Assembly: GCA_963700985.1 (NCBI GenBank)
Contig: OY969554.1
Coordinates: forward strand, 992,001-1,056,000
Length of the DNA: 64,000 nt
Source of the DNA: an uncultured Chlamydiales bacterium
GTDB lineage: Bacteria; Chlamydiota; Chlamydiia; Chlamydiales; Rhabdochlamydiaceae
Reading direction: 5' to 3'
A program made the position numbers and the translations under genes. Positions within the stretch are counted from its first letter, which is position 1. Each line of letters starts with the position of its first letter. The notes below the pieces were generated by a model that made no database searches, was not told where the DNA came from, and worked only from the letters and a program-made list of their open reading frames with translations. Of this stretch, positions 1-9,334 are shown one piece after another.

Positions 1-111
1 GATGAGGATGTAACAAGAATGATTTTTTGCTAAGACTTTTTTAACATCTTGAGGAACTTTTCTTTTTGTTAGCTGAGTGCGTTGTAAAATATTATTGATG
101 AGTTTGCGCAT
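1..111 (-). CDS. Possible 5' end of a gene running off the left edge (MRKLINNILQRTQLTKRK...)
   Basis: ATG at 111 followed by 37 codons with no stop to the window edge; divergent from htpX. Confidence 0.35.
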   Translation of the reverse strand, partial: MRKLINNILQRTQLTKRKVPQDVKKVLAKNHSCYILI

Positions 112-240
112 AGACTTTTAAGAAAAGCTCCTAATCCAAATAGCTATTTAAAAAGTTCTGATGACATAAACAAGAATTTATGTGCAAACAAAAACATTTT
201 TCTATGTAGCAAATCATATTTATAAAGGCACTCTATCGAG

Positions 241-269
241 TTGACAAATGAGCCTAAAAGCTATTTAAT
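241..269 (+). promoter_or_regulatory. Sigma66/sigma70-type promoter of htpX
   Basis: TTGACA-17 nt-TTTAAT; GGAG Shine-Dalgarno before ATG 294. Confidence 0.7.
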
Positions 270-293
270 TAATGGGAAAAGCGGAGCATTAAA

Positions 294-1202
294 ATGTCTG
301 TTGTAAAGCGTATTTTTTTATTTCTGGTGATCAACGCGCTTGTACTGGTCACACTCTCATTAGTTCTAAATCTCTTAAATGTTCGCCCCTATCTCACGGC
401 TTACGGCATCGACTACAAATCTCTCATGATTTTCTGTCTAGTTTGGGGAATGGGAGGCGCATTTATCTCCTTTGCACTCTCGCGCATCATGGCCAAATGG
501 CTCATGGGTGTGAAAATCATCGATCCTAATACGCATGACACGCAGCTGCGCTCTCTTGTCACACTGGTGCATCGCCTTGCAAGACAAGCGAACCTATCTG
601 CTTTGCCAGAAGTAGGCATCTATGACGCCAAAGAAGTAAATGCCTTTGCCACGGGCCCTTCACAACGCCGAGCGCTGGTAGCTGTCTCGCGCGGACTACT
701 TGAAAGAATGTCTGAATCGGAAATTGAAGGCGTGCTGGCGCATGAAATCACGCATATCGCCAATGGCGATATGGTCACCATGACACTTCTACAAGGCATT
801 GTTAACGCCTTTGTTATGTTCTTGGCACGCATCCTTGCCTCCATCTTCTCAGGCATGGGACGCGGCCGAGACCAATCAAGCGGAGCCTCTTATGGCTCTT
901 ACATGATCATGGTGTTTGTCTTTGAAGTGCTGTTTATGGTGCTCGGCTCGCTTGTGATTGCAGCCTATTCGCGTTTTAGAGAGTTTCGGGCTGATGCAGG
1001 CGGAGCGCGCCTTGCCGGCAAAGAGAAGATGATTGCAGCTTTAGTATCGCTGCAGGGAACTCAAAAAATCATGAGCCCACAAGCCGAGAAAGCCGCCTTC
1101 CAGGCATTTAAAATCTCGACACGCAACAAGTCAGGCTTCCTAGCGCTTTTTGCCACACACCCTCCGCTTGAAACCAGAATTGAAAGATTAAAGCAGCTTT
1201 AG
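294..1202 (+). CDS. htpX: Membrane zinc protease HtpX (M48)
   Basis: NAFATG, HEITH, REFRADAGGA and FATHPP motifs. Confidence 0.95.
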   Translation: MSVVKRIFLFLVINALVLVTLSLVLNLLNVRPYLTAYGIDYKSLMIFCLVWGMGGAFISFALSRIMAKWLMGVKIIDPNTHDTQLRSLVTLVHRLARQANLSALPEVGIYDAKEVNAFATGPSQRRALVAVSRGLLERMSESEIEGVLAHEITHIANGDMVTMTLLQGIVNAFVMFLARILASIFSGMGRGRDQSSGASYGSYMIMVFVFEVLFMVLGSLVIAAYSRFREFRADAGGARLAGKEKMIAALVSLQGTQKIMSPQAEKAAFQAFKISTRNKSGFLALFATHPPLETRIERLKQL

Positions 1203-1254
1203 CTAGTTTCATGAGCCGTCCTTAATGTCCTTTGTCCATTAAGCTCAAAAAGAA

Positions 1255-2601
1255 TTAAGCAAGCGTGCTTTTTTCTGCAGGAAGAAGAGCAAAGTGATGG
1301 TCTAATGGGGTGAGCAGGCCTTTTTCAATGCTGTAGACAGCGTCTGGCTGCATGATCTCGCAGAGGTTTCTTAAGCTTTCGCATTTGAGGACAATAAAGT
1401 CGACCTCAGCCAATGACGAGAGAAGAGAGACGAATTCTTCATCTGGCTCATTATCGCGCACATAGACGATGAGCTTTTTCTCATCTTCTTTGCCAGAAAG
1501 TTTGCGGATACTTCGGAAAAGGACAGTTGACATGCCGTAGTTACTTTCAAGACCGAGAACGATAAAGCGTTTGCCTTTGAGCGCTTGCTGCAATGCAAAG
1601 AGATGTTCTTCATCAAAGATCTTATTCTCGACATCGTATTCGAGCAGGCGTTTGGCCATATCAGCTAGGTGGATGCAAGCACAGCCGAGGCGCTCGATTG
1701 CCATACCAGCTGCAATATTGGCCAGTTGCGCCGCATGCTTAATATCGAGACCATTAGCGAGTGCAATGCTAATCATCGCCAGCACCGTGTCACCTGCACC
1801 CGTTACATCTTTGACTTCTTTGGAGCGCACGGGAAAGTCGAATCTCTCGCCTTGGCGATCGAACAGAGACATGCCCTGCTCTGAACGCGTAATGAGAAGC
1901 ATGTCGACATTGCAAGAGTGCAAAATCTTAGCTGAAACCTGATCTAAGTGAACATCATTTGTCATTTTAGCAGCGGCATAGGCTTCAGTCTGATTAGGCT
2001 TAAGCACCGTGGCGCCTTGATATTTGGAAAAATCATCGCCCTTTGGATCTACAATGACTGGAATGTTGCGCGCTTTGGCCATCTCAAAAAGAGCCATGAG
2101 CAGTGAGCGAGAGAGAAAGCCTTTGCCATAATCTGACACAGCGATGATCTGGATATTTTCTAAAAGTGTAGGCAGCTGATCGACAACTGTTTGTTCTAAG
2201 TCTTCAGCGATGGTTGAATAGGTTTCAAAGTCGACGCGGAGCACTTGCTGTGCATCGGCGATCAGGCGGTTTTTAACCGGAGTTTTAAAGCCTTTTTCAA
2301 TAAAAAGTCCGCTGACATCTACGCCCATCTTCTCTAATTCAGAACGAATCGTTCCACCCGCATCATCACGGCCGATACGGCCAATGGCTTTAACCTTCGC
2401 TCCCAAAGAAATTAAGTTAAGCACGACGTTACCGGCGCCACCTGGGAGACTCTCTTCACGCTGCACAAGCAGAACTGGTACGGGAGCTTCGGGAGAGATG
2501 CGTTTGACTTTGCCCGTGATATAGGTATCTAGCATAAAGTCCCCGATCACGAGGATATTGGCTGGACAGAAGCGGCTGAGCATTCCGACTAATTTTACCA
2601 T
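1255..2601 (-). CDS. hldE: Heptose 7-phosphate kinase (RfaE/HldE domain I) with a divergent C-terminal domain
   Basis: RISPEAPVPV, GGAGNV, SDYGKG and DVTGAGDT motifs; adjacent to hldD. Confidence 0.88.
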   Translation of the reverse strand: MVKLVGMLSRFCPANILVIGDFMLDTYITGKVKRISPEAPVPVLLVQREESLPGGAGNVVLNLISLGAKVKAIGRIGRDDAGGTIRSELEKMGVDVSGLFIEKGFKTPVKNRLIADAQQVLRVDFETYSTIAEDLEQTVVDQLPTLLENIQIIAVSDYGKGFLSRSLLMALFEMAKARNIPVIVDPKGDDFSKYQGATVLKPNQTEAYAAAKMTNDVHLDQVSAKILHSCNVDMLLITRSEQGMSLFDRQGERFDFPVRSKEVKDVTGAGDTVLAMISIALANGLDIKHAAQLANIAAGMAIERLGCACIHLADMAKRLLEYDVENKIFDEEHLFALQQALKGKRFIVLGLESNYGMSTVLFRSIRKLSGKEDEKKLIVYVRDNEPDEEFVSLLSSLAEVDFIVLKCESLRNLCEIMQPDAVYSIEKGLLTPLDHHFALLPAEKSTLA

Positions 2602-2605
2602 CGCT

Positions 2606-3610
2606 TTACCATCGATTGTCCACTAAAAGATAATTGCGCACGTAATCGCCTACGGCTTCTTTAACATTAAACTGAAAGGGCTTTTTTGTAGAGTTATAGC
2701 CATGCTTAGTGAAGTATTTGGTCATGTCAGCACAGGTGTAATTCTGATACTGCTTCACAAGATCTGTCGGCATATCGACATATTCGATTACTGGAGGGCG
2801 GCTAGCTGCATGAAAAAGCGCATTCGAAAGATGATTCCATGTTGTCGCCTCACCCATGCCAATATTGAAGATCCCACCCAGTGAATTATCCAAGAAATCA
2901 CAGGTCATTTTGACCGCGTCTTTGACATAGATGAAATCGCGCATCTGATCGCCATGCCCAAATTTTTGTGGCTCTGAGGATTTAAACAGGCGAATTTTGC
3001 CATCGCTAAGCACAGCCGGAAGCATTTTGTAAACCATCGAGGCCATGCGTCCTTTGTGGTTTTCGTTCGGGCCATAAACATTAAAATATTTCAAGCCAAC
3101 CAGGCGATCGAGCACACCTTGGCGTTTAGCCCACTGATCGAAAAGATGTTTCGAAAAGCCATATAAGTTGAGAGGCTTTAATTCGTCGATTAAGTCATGA
3201 TCATCAGAAAAGCCGAGTTGGCCGTCGCCATAAGTAGCTGCAGAGGAAGCGTAGATAAAACGCTGGCCATGTTTAAGCGCATATTCTGCCAGGAGCACCG
3301 TAAAACGGTAGTTATTCTCCATGAGATAGTCGCCATCAGCTTCGAGGGTATCAGAGCAGGCGCCTAGATGGATAAATGCCCTAACTTCCTTTTCTCTTCC
3401 TTTCAGCCACTCAAAAAGCACATGACGTGAAATGAAGTCCGTGAATTTTTTCCCCAGAAGGTTCTTCCACTTCTCAGTTTTTTTGATGTCATCAACCAGA
3501 ACGAGGTTTTCAAACCCTAGGTCATTAAGATGGCGCACAAGACACGAGCCAATAAAACCAGCCGCGCCAGTGACTACAATCAGGGGGTTTTCTTCTTTAG
3601 CAAATTCCAT
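2606..3610 (-). CDS. hldD: ADP-L-glycero-D-manno-heptose 6-epimerase (start refined to MEFAKEE)
   Basis: TGAAGFIG, HLGACSDT, YASSAATYG, YGFSK and YFNVYGPNE motifs. Confidence 0.93.
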   Translation of the reverse strand: MEFAKEENPLIVVTGAAGFIGSCLVRHLNDLGFENLVLVDDIKKTEKWKNLLGKKFTDFISRHVLFEWLKGREKEVRAFIHLGACSDTLEADGDYLMENNYRFTVLLAEYALKHGQRFIYASSAATYGDGQLGFSDDHDLIDELKPLNLYGFSKHLFDQWAKRQGVLDRLVGLKYFNVYGPNENHKGRMASMVYKMLPAVLSDGKIRLFKSSEPQKFGHGDQMRDFIYVKDAVKMTCDFLDNSLGGIFNIGMGEATTWNHLSNALFHAASRPPVIEYVDMPTDLVKQYQNYTCADMTKYFTKHGYNSTKKPFQFNVKEAVGDYVRNYLLVDNRW

Positions 3611-3621
3611 ATGCACGCAGT

Positions 3622-4488
3622 TTAGCAAAAGGTGGGAAATTCATACCACTTTTCCTCGCTTCTTCGCACAAAATCCACCGGATAAAAATCTACTTTGGCA
3701 ATATTTGGCGCAACTTCTTTGCCTAAACAGAAAAAAGCTGTGCCACTACCAGTCATAACGACATCTTCAAAATTCTGATTCAACTCATGTTTGAGCGTAA
3801 GCAACTCAGGGGCGAGTTTAAAAGAAGCAGGCTCGAGATCATTGAAAAAGTGAGGCTTTCCATCAAAGAAACTGGCAAGCGCTTGTTTTGGATCACGAGC
3901 CTCAAGTGTTGCCACTTGGGTATTCTGATAAACCAGAGGGGTACTGAGTCCGCTTTTCGGCTTAGCAATCCATCCTTTCTGAATAGATAAAGGCGCGAGG
4001 TTAGAGAGTATCTCCCCGCGTCCTTCACAATAAGCAGTTCCATTAGAAAAAAAGAAGCTCACATCACTGCCGATTTCTGCAGACCAGAGTTTCAACTCAG
4101 AAAGAGAAGCCGGGCTGCCCGCAAGTGTATTCAAAGCCCATAAGGTTGTGGCCGCATTGCTGCTACCGCCGCCGAGGCCCGCTTGAATAGGAATACGTTT
4201 TAAGAGATGAAAGTGCGCATGAATAGCAAGACCGGTTTTTTTGCGAAAAAGGTCTGCGGCACGCAGAACTAAATTTGAACGATCGCAAGCCAGAGTGGGA
4301 TCATCACAAGTTAAACGATCTTCATCTGCGCATTTAACTTCTAACTGATCGCCTAAGCTTAGGCTTTGATACAAAGAGGCTATCTCGTGATAGCCATCTA
4401 AGCGTTTTTTTATGACACGAAAAAAAAGATTAACTTTCGCAGGTGAGAAGAGGACAAGATGACCTCCAAAATGATTTGGAGGTATCAC
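3622..4488 (-). CDS. ispE: 4-diphosphocytidyl-2-C-methyl-D-erythritol kinase
   Basis: SPAKVNL, IPIQAGLGGGSSNAA and MTGSGT motifs. Confidence 0.95.
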   Translation of the reverse strand: MIPPNHFGGHLVLFSPAKVNLFFRVIKKRLDGYHEIASLYQSLSLGDQLEVKCADEDRLTCDDPTLACDRSNLVLRAADLFRKKTGLAIHAHFHLLKRIPIQAGLGGGSSNAATTLWALNTLAGSPASLSELKLWSAEIGSDVSFFFSNGTAYCEGRGEILSNLAPLSIQKGWIAKPKSGLSTPLVYQNTQVATLEARDPKQALASFFDGKPHFFNDLEPASFKLAPELLTLKHELNQNFEDVVMTGSGTAFFCLGKEVAPNIAKVDFYPVDFVRRSEEKWYEFPTFC

Positions 4489-4977
4489 TTAAGCCTGCTG
4501 AACAGGTTTCTCAGGCAGCGCTGTTTCACTTTCAATTTTGAGTGTGAAAGCTGCAGGAACGCCTTCTTTTAAACGTAGGTTGAAAGGATGCACACCCAGC
4601 ACCTTAATCGGATGCACGAGCAGCAAATTGCGTCTTTCTAGCGTTACGCCTTCGTTTTCAAAAAGTTGTAGGATGTCGGTTGCGCCAACAGAACCATACA
4701 TATGGCCTTCTGGATCAACTTTCACTTTAATTATGAGCTCCATGCCGTTGATACGCGCAGAGAGTGCATCCGCTTCTTTTTTGTCCACTTCAGCACGTAG
4801 TGCACGTTCTTCTTTCAAACGAGCTTGCATGCGCAAAGCGTTTTTATCAGCAACAACTCCTCTCTTCTTAGGAAGGAGAAAATTGCGTGCATATCCTGGC
4901 TTCACTTTCACGATCTCGCCGCTGCGTCCAAGATCATCCACGTCGTCGATGAGTAGTAATTGGTATTGTCTTACCAT
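4489..4977 (-). CDS. rplI: 50S ribosomal protein L9
   Basis: VKPGYARNFLLP motif; rpsF-rpsR-rplI order. Confidence 0.97.
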   Translation of the reverse strand: MVRQYQLLLIDDVDDLGRSGEIVKVKPGYARNFLLPKKRGVVADKNALRMQARLKEERALRAEVDKKEADALSARINGMELIIKVKVDPEGHMYGSVGATDILQLFENEGVTLERRNLLLVHPIKVLGVHPFNLRLKEGVPAAFTLKIESETALPEKPVQQA

Positions 4978-4990
4978 TGTCGTTCTCCTA

Positions 4991-5269
4991 TTAATCTTGG
5001 GCTACAAAAGGCAGTAAGGCCATGTGCCTTGCTCTTTTGATCGCCTGTGCGAGTTGTCTTTGGTGATAAGAAGAAACCCCAGTGATACGGCGAGGAATAA
5101 TTTTTCCACGCTCTGTAACAAACTGTACGAGGGTATCAATATCTTTATAATCAATATGTCGAACTCCAGCTGCCGTAAAAGGACACTGTTTGCGCCTTCT
5201 GACAAATGGTCCTTCGGGTATGTTGCTCTTTTTTGGAGGGACGCCCTTTTTAAAATTGCTAGTCGTCAT
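4991..5269 (-). CDS. rpsR: 30S ribosomal protein S18
   Basis: [17 protein letters not shown] and AIKRAR motifs. Confidence 0.97.
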   Translation of the reverse strand: MTTSNFKKGVPPKKSNIPEGPFVRRRKQCPFTAAGVRHIDYKDIDTLVQFVTERGKIIPRRITGVSSYHQRQLAQAIKRARHMALLPFVAQD

Positions 5270-5279
5270 TTCCCTGTCC

Positions 5280-5621
5280 TCACTCTTGAACTATCTGTTT
5301 AAATTCCAATGTTTCCATCACTTTTTCTGTTCTCAGTGTGAGGAAACGAATGAGATCCTCATTGAGGTGATATTCTTTCCACATCTCTTTGATCGACGGA
5401 GTTGGCACAGAAAAATAAATTAAATAATAGTACCCTTCACGCCGTCCATTAATCTCATAAGCTAACTTGTGTCGGCCTTGATCGTGGATTTTATGGATCT
5501 CCCCTTCTTTTCCTAAGATCGAAGAGGTGATCTTATCGAGAGCTTTTTGACGCGCTTCCTCGCTTAGAGTAGCACTGAGGATATACATCCCTTCATAAAG
5601 CTGCTTCGTCTGCTTTGCCAT
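5280..5621 (-). CDS. rpsF: 30S ribosomal protein S6
   Basis: YEGMYIL, KLAYEI and EGYYYL motifs. Confidence 0.96.
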   Translation of the reverse strand: MAKQTKQLYEGMYILSATLSEEARQKALDKITSSILGKEGEIHKIHDQGRHKLAYEINGRREGYYYLIYFSVPTPSIKEMWKEYHLNEDLIRFLTLRTEKVMETLEFKQIVQE

Positions 5622-5684
5622 ATCGTTTCATTCTCCAATTTTGCGTAAGCGATCTTTTGGTCTATTATCGATCGCTTACATTCA

Positions 5685-6269
5685 TCAATCTTTTCCGTTG
5701 AAAGCGCGCATTGCGCCTTCAATTCCCAAAGAGAGCCAACTCTCTACTGCCTCGGTTGCATTTTCGATGACCTGAGGTAAGTTCTGCTTCTCTTCAGAAG
5801 TAAATTTCCCAAGCACATGCTCGGTGAGCGCTTCACCGATCTGTTCTCCGATCCCGACTCGCAGGCGCGGATACTCAGATGTTCCAAGGTGCTGCTCTAT
5901 GCTTTTAAGACCATTATGGCCTCCACTACTTCCTTTGGCTCTAAAGCGCAGCCTGCCAAAAGGAAGAGCGATGTCGTCACAAACTACCAGCAAATTTTCG
6001 TGCGCAATTTCAAAATATTGCTGGCACACACGCACTGCTTCACCACTGCTGTTCATGTAAGTCAAGGGCAGCAGCAGCACTATCTTTTTCCCTTCAAAAT
6101 TCCCCTGAGCTAGCTCTGCCGCAAAACCAGAGGTTTGGCGAAAAGCCAACCCTTTTTTCTGCGCGTATGCTCTTAGCACACGAAAGCCGATATTATGCCG
6201 CGTTTCGTCATAAGCCTTGCCAGGGTTGCCAAGTCCTACAATCAGATACTTTTGCACCCCTTCGGCCAT
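5685..6269 (-). CDS. pth: Peptidyl-tRNA hydrolase
   Basis: GLGNPG, TRHNIG, TYMNSSG and GGHNGLKSI motifs. Confidence 0.97.
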   Translation of the reverse strand: MAEGVQKYLIVGLGNPGKAYDETRHNIGFRVLRAYAQKKGLAFRQTSGFAAELAQGNFEGKKIVLLLPLTYMNSSGEAVRVCQQYFEIAHENLLVVCDDIALPFGRLRFRAKGSSGGHNGLKSIEQHLGTSEYPRLRVGIGEQIGEALTEHVLGKFTSEEKQNLPQVIENATEAVESWLSLGIEGAMRAFNGKD

Positions 6270-6279
6270 AGCTCAATCA

Positions 6280-6849
6280 TTAACGTTTAGCAATCACTAC
6301 CACTACTTCATCCAAGCCCGCTAATGGACGAACGCCTTTTGGAAGCACGATGTCCGAAAGACGCTTAGATTGGGCAATGCCCAACTCACGCACATCGATC
6401 ATAAATTCAGTGGGGATATGTTTTGGCAGACATTCTACTTTTACAAAGCGAATGACTTGTCTTAAAAACCCACCCAATTTAACACCTGCGCAATCAACGC
6501 CGCCTGTGATATTAATTGGCACTTTCACTTGAACAAGCACATCATCATTTAGCTCTTCAAAATCGAGGTGCGAAACTTGATAGTTCGTAATTTCATATTG
6601 CACTTCTTTCAGAATCGCTTTGCGTTGCTTGTTGCCCAAAACCAGTGTAAACACTGTTGTAGGAAGCTGTCCGCTTTTAATACTTCTCATTGCGGTAGCA
6701 TATTCTGTGCCATTCACAACGATCATTTCCGGTTCTTTCCCTGGAGCATAAATAATGCCTGGGATATTGCCTTCGCGCCTTAGCTGCTTCGTATCGCTCT
6801 TTTTCTGGCTGGCACGGGCCGTCACTGTAAATTTCATGGTCTTCTCCAT
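6280..6849 (-). CDS. rplY: 50S ribosomal protein L25/Ctc
   Basis: LRREGNIPGIIY, HLDF and GVKLGG motifs; prs-rplY-pth order. Confidence 0.95.
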   Translation of the reverse strand: MEKTMKFTVTARASQKKSDTKQLRREGNIPGIIYAPGKEPEMIVVNGTEYATAMRSIKSGQLPTTVFTLVLGNKQRKAILKEVQYEITNYQVSHLDFEELNDDVLVQVKVPINITGGVDCAGVKLGGFLRQVIRFVKVECLPKHIPTEFMIDVRELGIAQSKRLSDIVLPKGVRPLAGLDEVVVVIAKR

Positions 6850-6921
6850 TCGTCTTCTTCTAAATAAATTGTATACGCATGTCCGTGAAGCTAGAAAAAA
6901 TCGGCTTCTTCAGACCACAAG

Positions 6922-7869
6922 TCAAGGCGATGATGTACTAAACAGGGAAGAGATTGACTTCGCACCGACGATAGAATCTATCGCCTTAGCAAAAAGAGGG
7001 GCTACGGACACGATCTCGAGTCTCTCTTGATTGATCTCGGGAGTCAATGGCACCGTATTACTAACCAGCATCTTCTCAATCGCACTTTCTTCGAACGCCT
7101 TTCCAACAAAGAGGCCATGTGTAACTGCACCGCAAACTCGCTCTGCGCCTGCATCTTTACATACCATAGCCGCCGTCTTCAGCGTCTCTCCTGTCGAGCA
7201 GATGTCATCGACGATCAGGACATCTTTGCCCTTCACGTCCCCTATAAGGGCATTCATCTCTACTCGCTTTGCACTAACTCGACGCTTGTCCACAATTGCA
7301 TATTCGCATTTAAGCGCTTCTGCAAAGGAACGCGCTAACTTAACACTCCCAACGTCTGGAGCCACCACCACACACTTGTTCAACTTTAAACGCTGCACGC
7401 CTTCTAAGAGCACGGGCCGAGCGTAAAGGTTGTCCACTGGGATGTTGAAAAACCCCTGAATCTGCTCTGTATGCAGATCCATTGAGAGCACTCTAGTTAC
7501 TCCAGCTCGCTCAAGAAGATCAGCGACGAGTTTAGCCGTAATCGGCTCTCTTGCTGTTCCCTTGCGATCTTGGCGCGCATACCCAAAATAGGGCAGCATA
7601 GCCACGATCGATCGAGCGGAGGCGCGCTTCATAGCGTCGACCAAAATCAACAATTCCATGAGATAGAGATTGGGATGTCGTGCGACAGACTGCAAAAGGA
7701 AGACATCCCTACCACGGACGTTGTCTAAAACATGAACGCCTATCTCACCATCTGGAAAAGTCTCAATTGTCACCTTACCAAGTTGCACTCCGACACAGTT
7801 TGCAATTTGCTCGGCCAGCTCCGGGTGGGAGGTGCCTGCAAAGAGCATATATCCATTATCATTGTGCAT
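6922..7869 (-). CDS. prs: Ribose-phosphate pyrophosphokinase (start refined to ATG 7869; the longer ORF reads through the tRNA)
   Basis: FPDGEI, PYFGYARQDRK, DLHTEQIQGFF and VDDICSTGET motifs. Confidence 0.95.
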   Translation of the reverse strand: MHNDNGYMLFAGTSHPELAEQIANCVGVQLGKVTIETFPDGEIGVHVLDNVRGRDVFLLQSVARHPNLYLMELLILVDAMKRASARSIVAMLPYFGYARQDRKGTAREPITAKLVADLLERAGVTRVLSMDLHTEQIQGFFNIPVDNLYARPVLLEGVQRLKLNKCVVVAPDVGSVKLARSFAEALKCEYAIVDKRRVSAKRVEMNALIGDVKGKDVLIVDDICSTGETLKTAAMVCKDAGAERVCGAVTHGLFVGKAFEESAIEKMLVSNTVPLTPEINQERLEIVSVAPLFAKAIDSIVGAKSISSLFSTSSP

Positions 7870-7882
7870 CTTGTTTACTACT

Positions 7883-7954
<72 letters not shown>

Positions 7955-8091
7955 TCAAATGGCAAATATTAAAAATTCAAAGAACCATGCTACTAAAGCA
8001 GCAGATTTTAAAGCAATATATGAAGACAACCTTCCCTCTTGCGCGATATTTCCAGTATTTTTGAAATTTTTTTTAATGATACCGACTATAG

Positions 8092-8315
8092 ACATGTCGG
8101 ATGGTGCGTCCGTTGGCGCCCCTCCTGCGACCACCTTGCGCCTCACCTCGACTTGCCAAATCGCGTGCTCGGAAGCGGTCCGTGCACAGCACTGTCCCGC
8201 CCGCCTTTTGGCTTTCCTGCGCTGCAATTTTGCTTCGCGATCTGAGTCGTTGGGCTGCTCAACGCGTTCCCTCCCCATTAGCTTCGCTTGGGGCCCCTTC
8301 CACGTCATCTCGCAG
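8092..8315 (-). ncRNA. Structured element copy 1 (putative ncRNA or palindromic repeat element, family unassigned)
   Basis: GC-rich; its reverse complement aligns with copy 2 from CTGCGAGA to CCGACATGT; nested helices. Confidence 0.55.
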
Positions 8316-8355
8316 AACCTGCATAAAATGAAAAAGCAACCTTCTTAGAATAGCA

Positions 8356-8596
8356 CTGCGAGACGACGCGAGAAGGACCCGCACCGCAAGGTGTGGGAAG
8401 CGAGCGCTCGAGCAGCCCGCGGCCTCGGATCGCAAAGCAAAATCGCACCCGCAGGAGAGCCGTAAGGCGTACGGGGTTGTACTGCGTACACCCCGTCTAC
8501 GAGGATGCGATTTGGCAAAGCGAGGCGAGGCTCAAGGGGGCCAGCGGGGTGGTTCCGAGAGGGACACGTAAGTGCCCTCCAGAACCCCCGACATGT
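8356..8596 (+). ncRNA. Structured element copy 2 (putative ncRNA or palindromic repeat element, family unassigned)
   Basis: Three GNRA-capped hairpins (GCAA, GUAA, GUAA), long-range helices, compensatory changes relative to copy 1. Confidence 0.55.
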
Positions 8597-8647
8597 GAGA
8601 AAGAGGCTAAGAAAAAACCAAACATTCCCAAAAAAATAAATTACTTA

Positions 8648-9277
8648 TTATTGGGGGTGGGTGTTGATGATGTGTTTGAAGCGGCGGGAGGCTTGGTAGT
8701 GCTCGATGATGGGGTCGTCTATGGCTTTTTCATCGCCTGGGTGTCCGGCAACTTTGTACCAAGCGAGCGGCAGATTGCGCAGATCGATGCCCATCGCCTT
8801 GAACTCTTTGCTTAAAAGCACATCTCTAAGACCAGCCTGATCCCAGAACTCTTCCGTACGGTTCTCGCGCATCATCTCTTTAACACACGTTTGCGCCCAT
8901 TTGCGCAAAAGCTCCTGCGACTTTTCCGTGTAATTAGCAAAAACAGTCCCAGACATCACTTTGGAGAGATTTGTATCTGGCAGCTCAGGATTGATCCGCA
9001 CAGCAAAGTCTGCAGAGAAAACATCCAGTAAAGGAGGCTGCTTTACAAACACCGCATCCGCATCCACCCATAACACCTTTTTTTTGAGCTCTTGCAGCTT
9101 CTGATAGAGAAAAAAAGGTTTAAAGGCGCAATTGAGCTCCCAGCTTCCAAATGAGTCGATCCCATCAATTGAGGTTTCCAAACCAAATTTCTTGCAAGAA
9201 GCAATTAAGTTTTTGACTTCATCTTGATAAGGGGTGTTCTTTGTAAAAAAAGAAACGATGACAGGAAAATTTGCCAT
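8648..9277 (-). CDS. Putative nucleotide-diphospho-sugar transferase (GT-A fold)
   Basis: KP..., WVDADA DxD motif, MSGTVF, WDQ and HYQASR motifs. Confidence 0.75.
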   Translation of the reverse strand: MANFPVIVSFFTKNTPYQDEVKNLIASCKKFGLETSIDGIDSFGSWELNCAFKPFFLYQKLQELKKKVLWVDADAVFVKQPPLLDVFSADFAVRINPELPDTNLSKVMSGTVFANYTEKSQELLRKWAQTCVKEMMRENRTEEFWDQAGLRDVLLSKEFKAMGIDLRNLPLAWYKVAGHPGDEKAIDDPIIEHYQASRRFKHIINTHPQ

Positions 9278-9334
9278 ATAACTCTCCGTGAGTTAAAAAA
9301 TAATTATAAGAAATCTTGTAACCCGGGCCTTTCC

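Noticed and set aside
226-252. Possible CIRCE (HrcA) operator upstream of htpX
   Set aside because: Only a GCACTC half-site is present; the right arm does not match GAGTGCTAA
1217-1241. Short GTCC(T/A)T tandem motif between htpX and hldE
   Set aside because: Too short and degenerate to assign to the dispersed repeat family or to a terminator
8092-8596. Reading the element as RNase P RNA, tmRNA, SRP RNA or an autonomous IS
   Set aside because: No RNase P GAGGAAAGUCC core, no tRNA-like ends, no SRP GCAGGAA helix-8 context that I could confirm, and no transposase; two diverged head-to-head copies do not fit these single-copy RNAs
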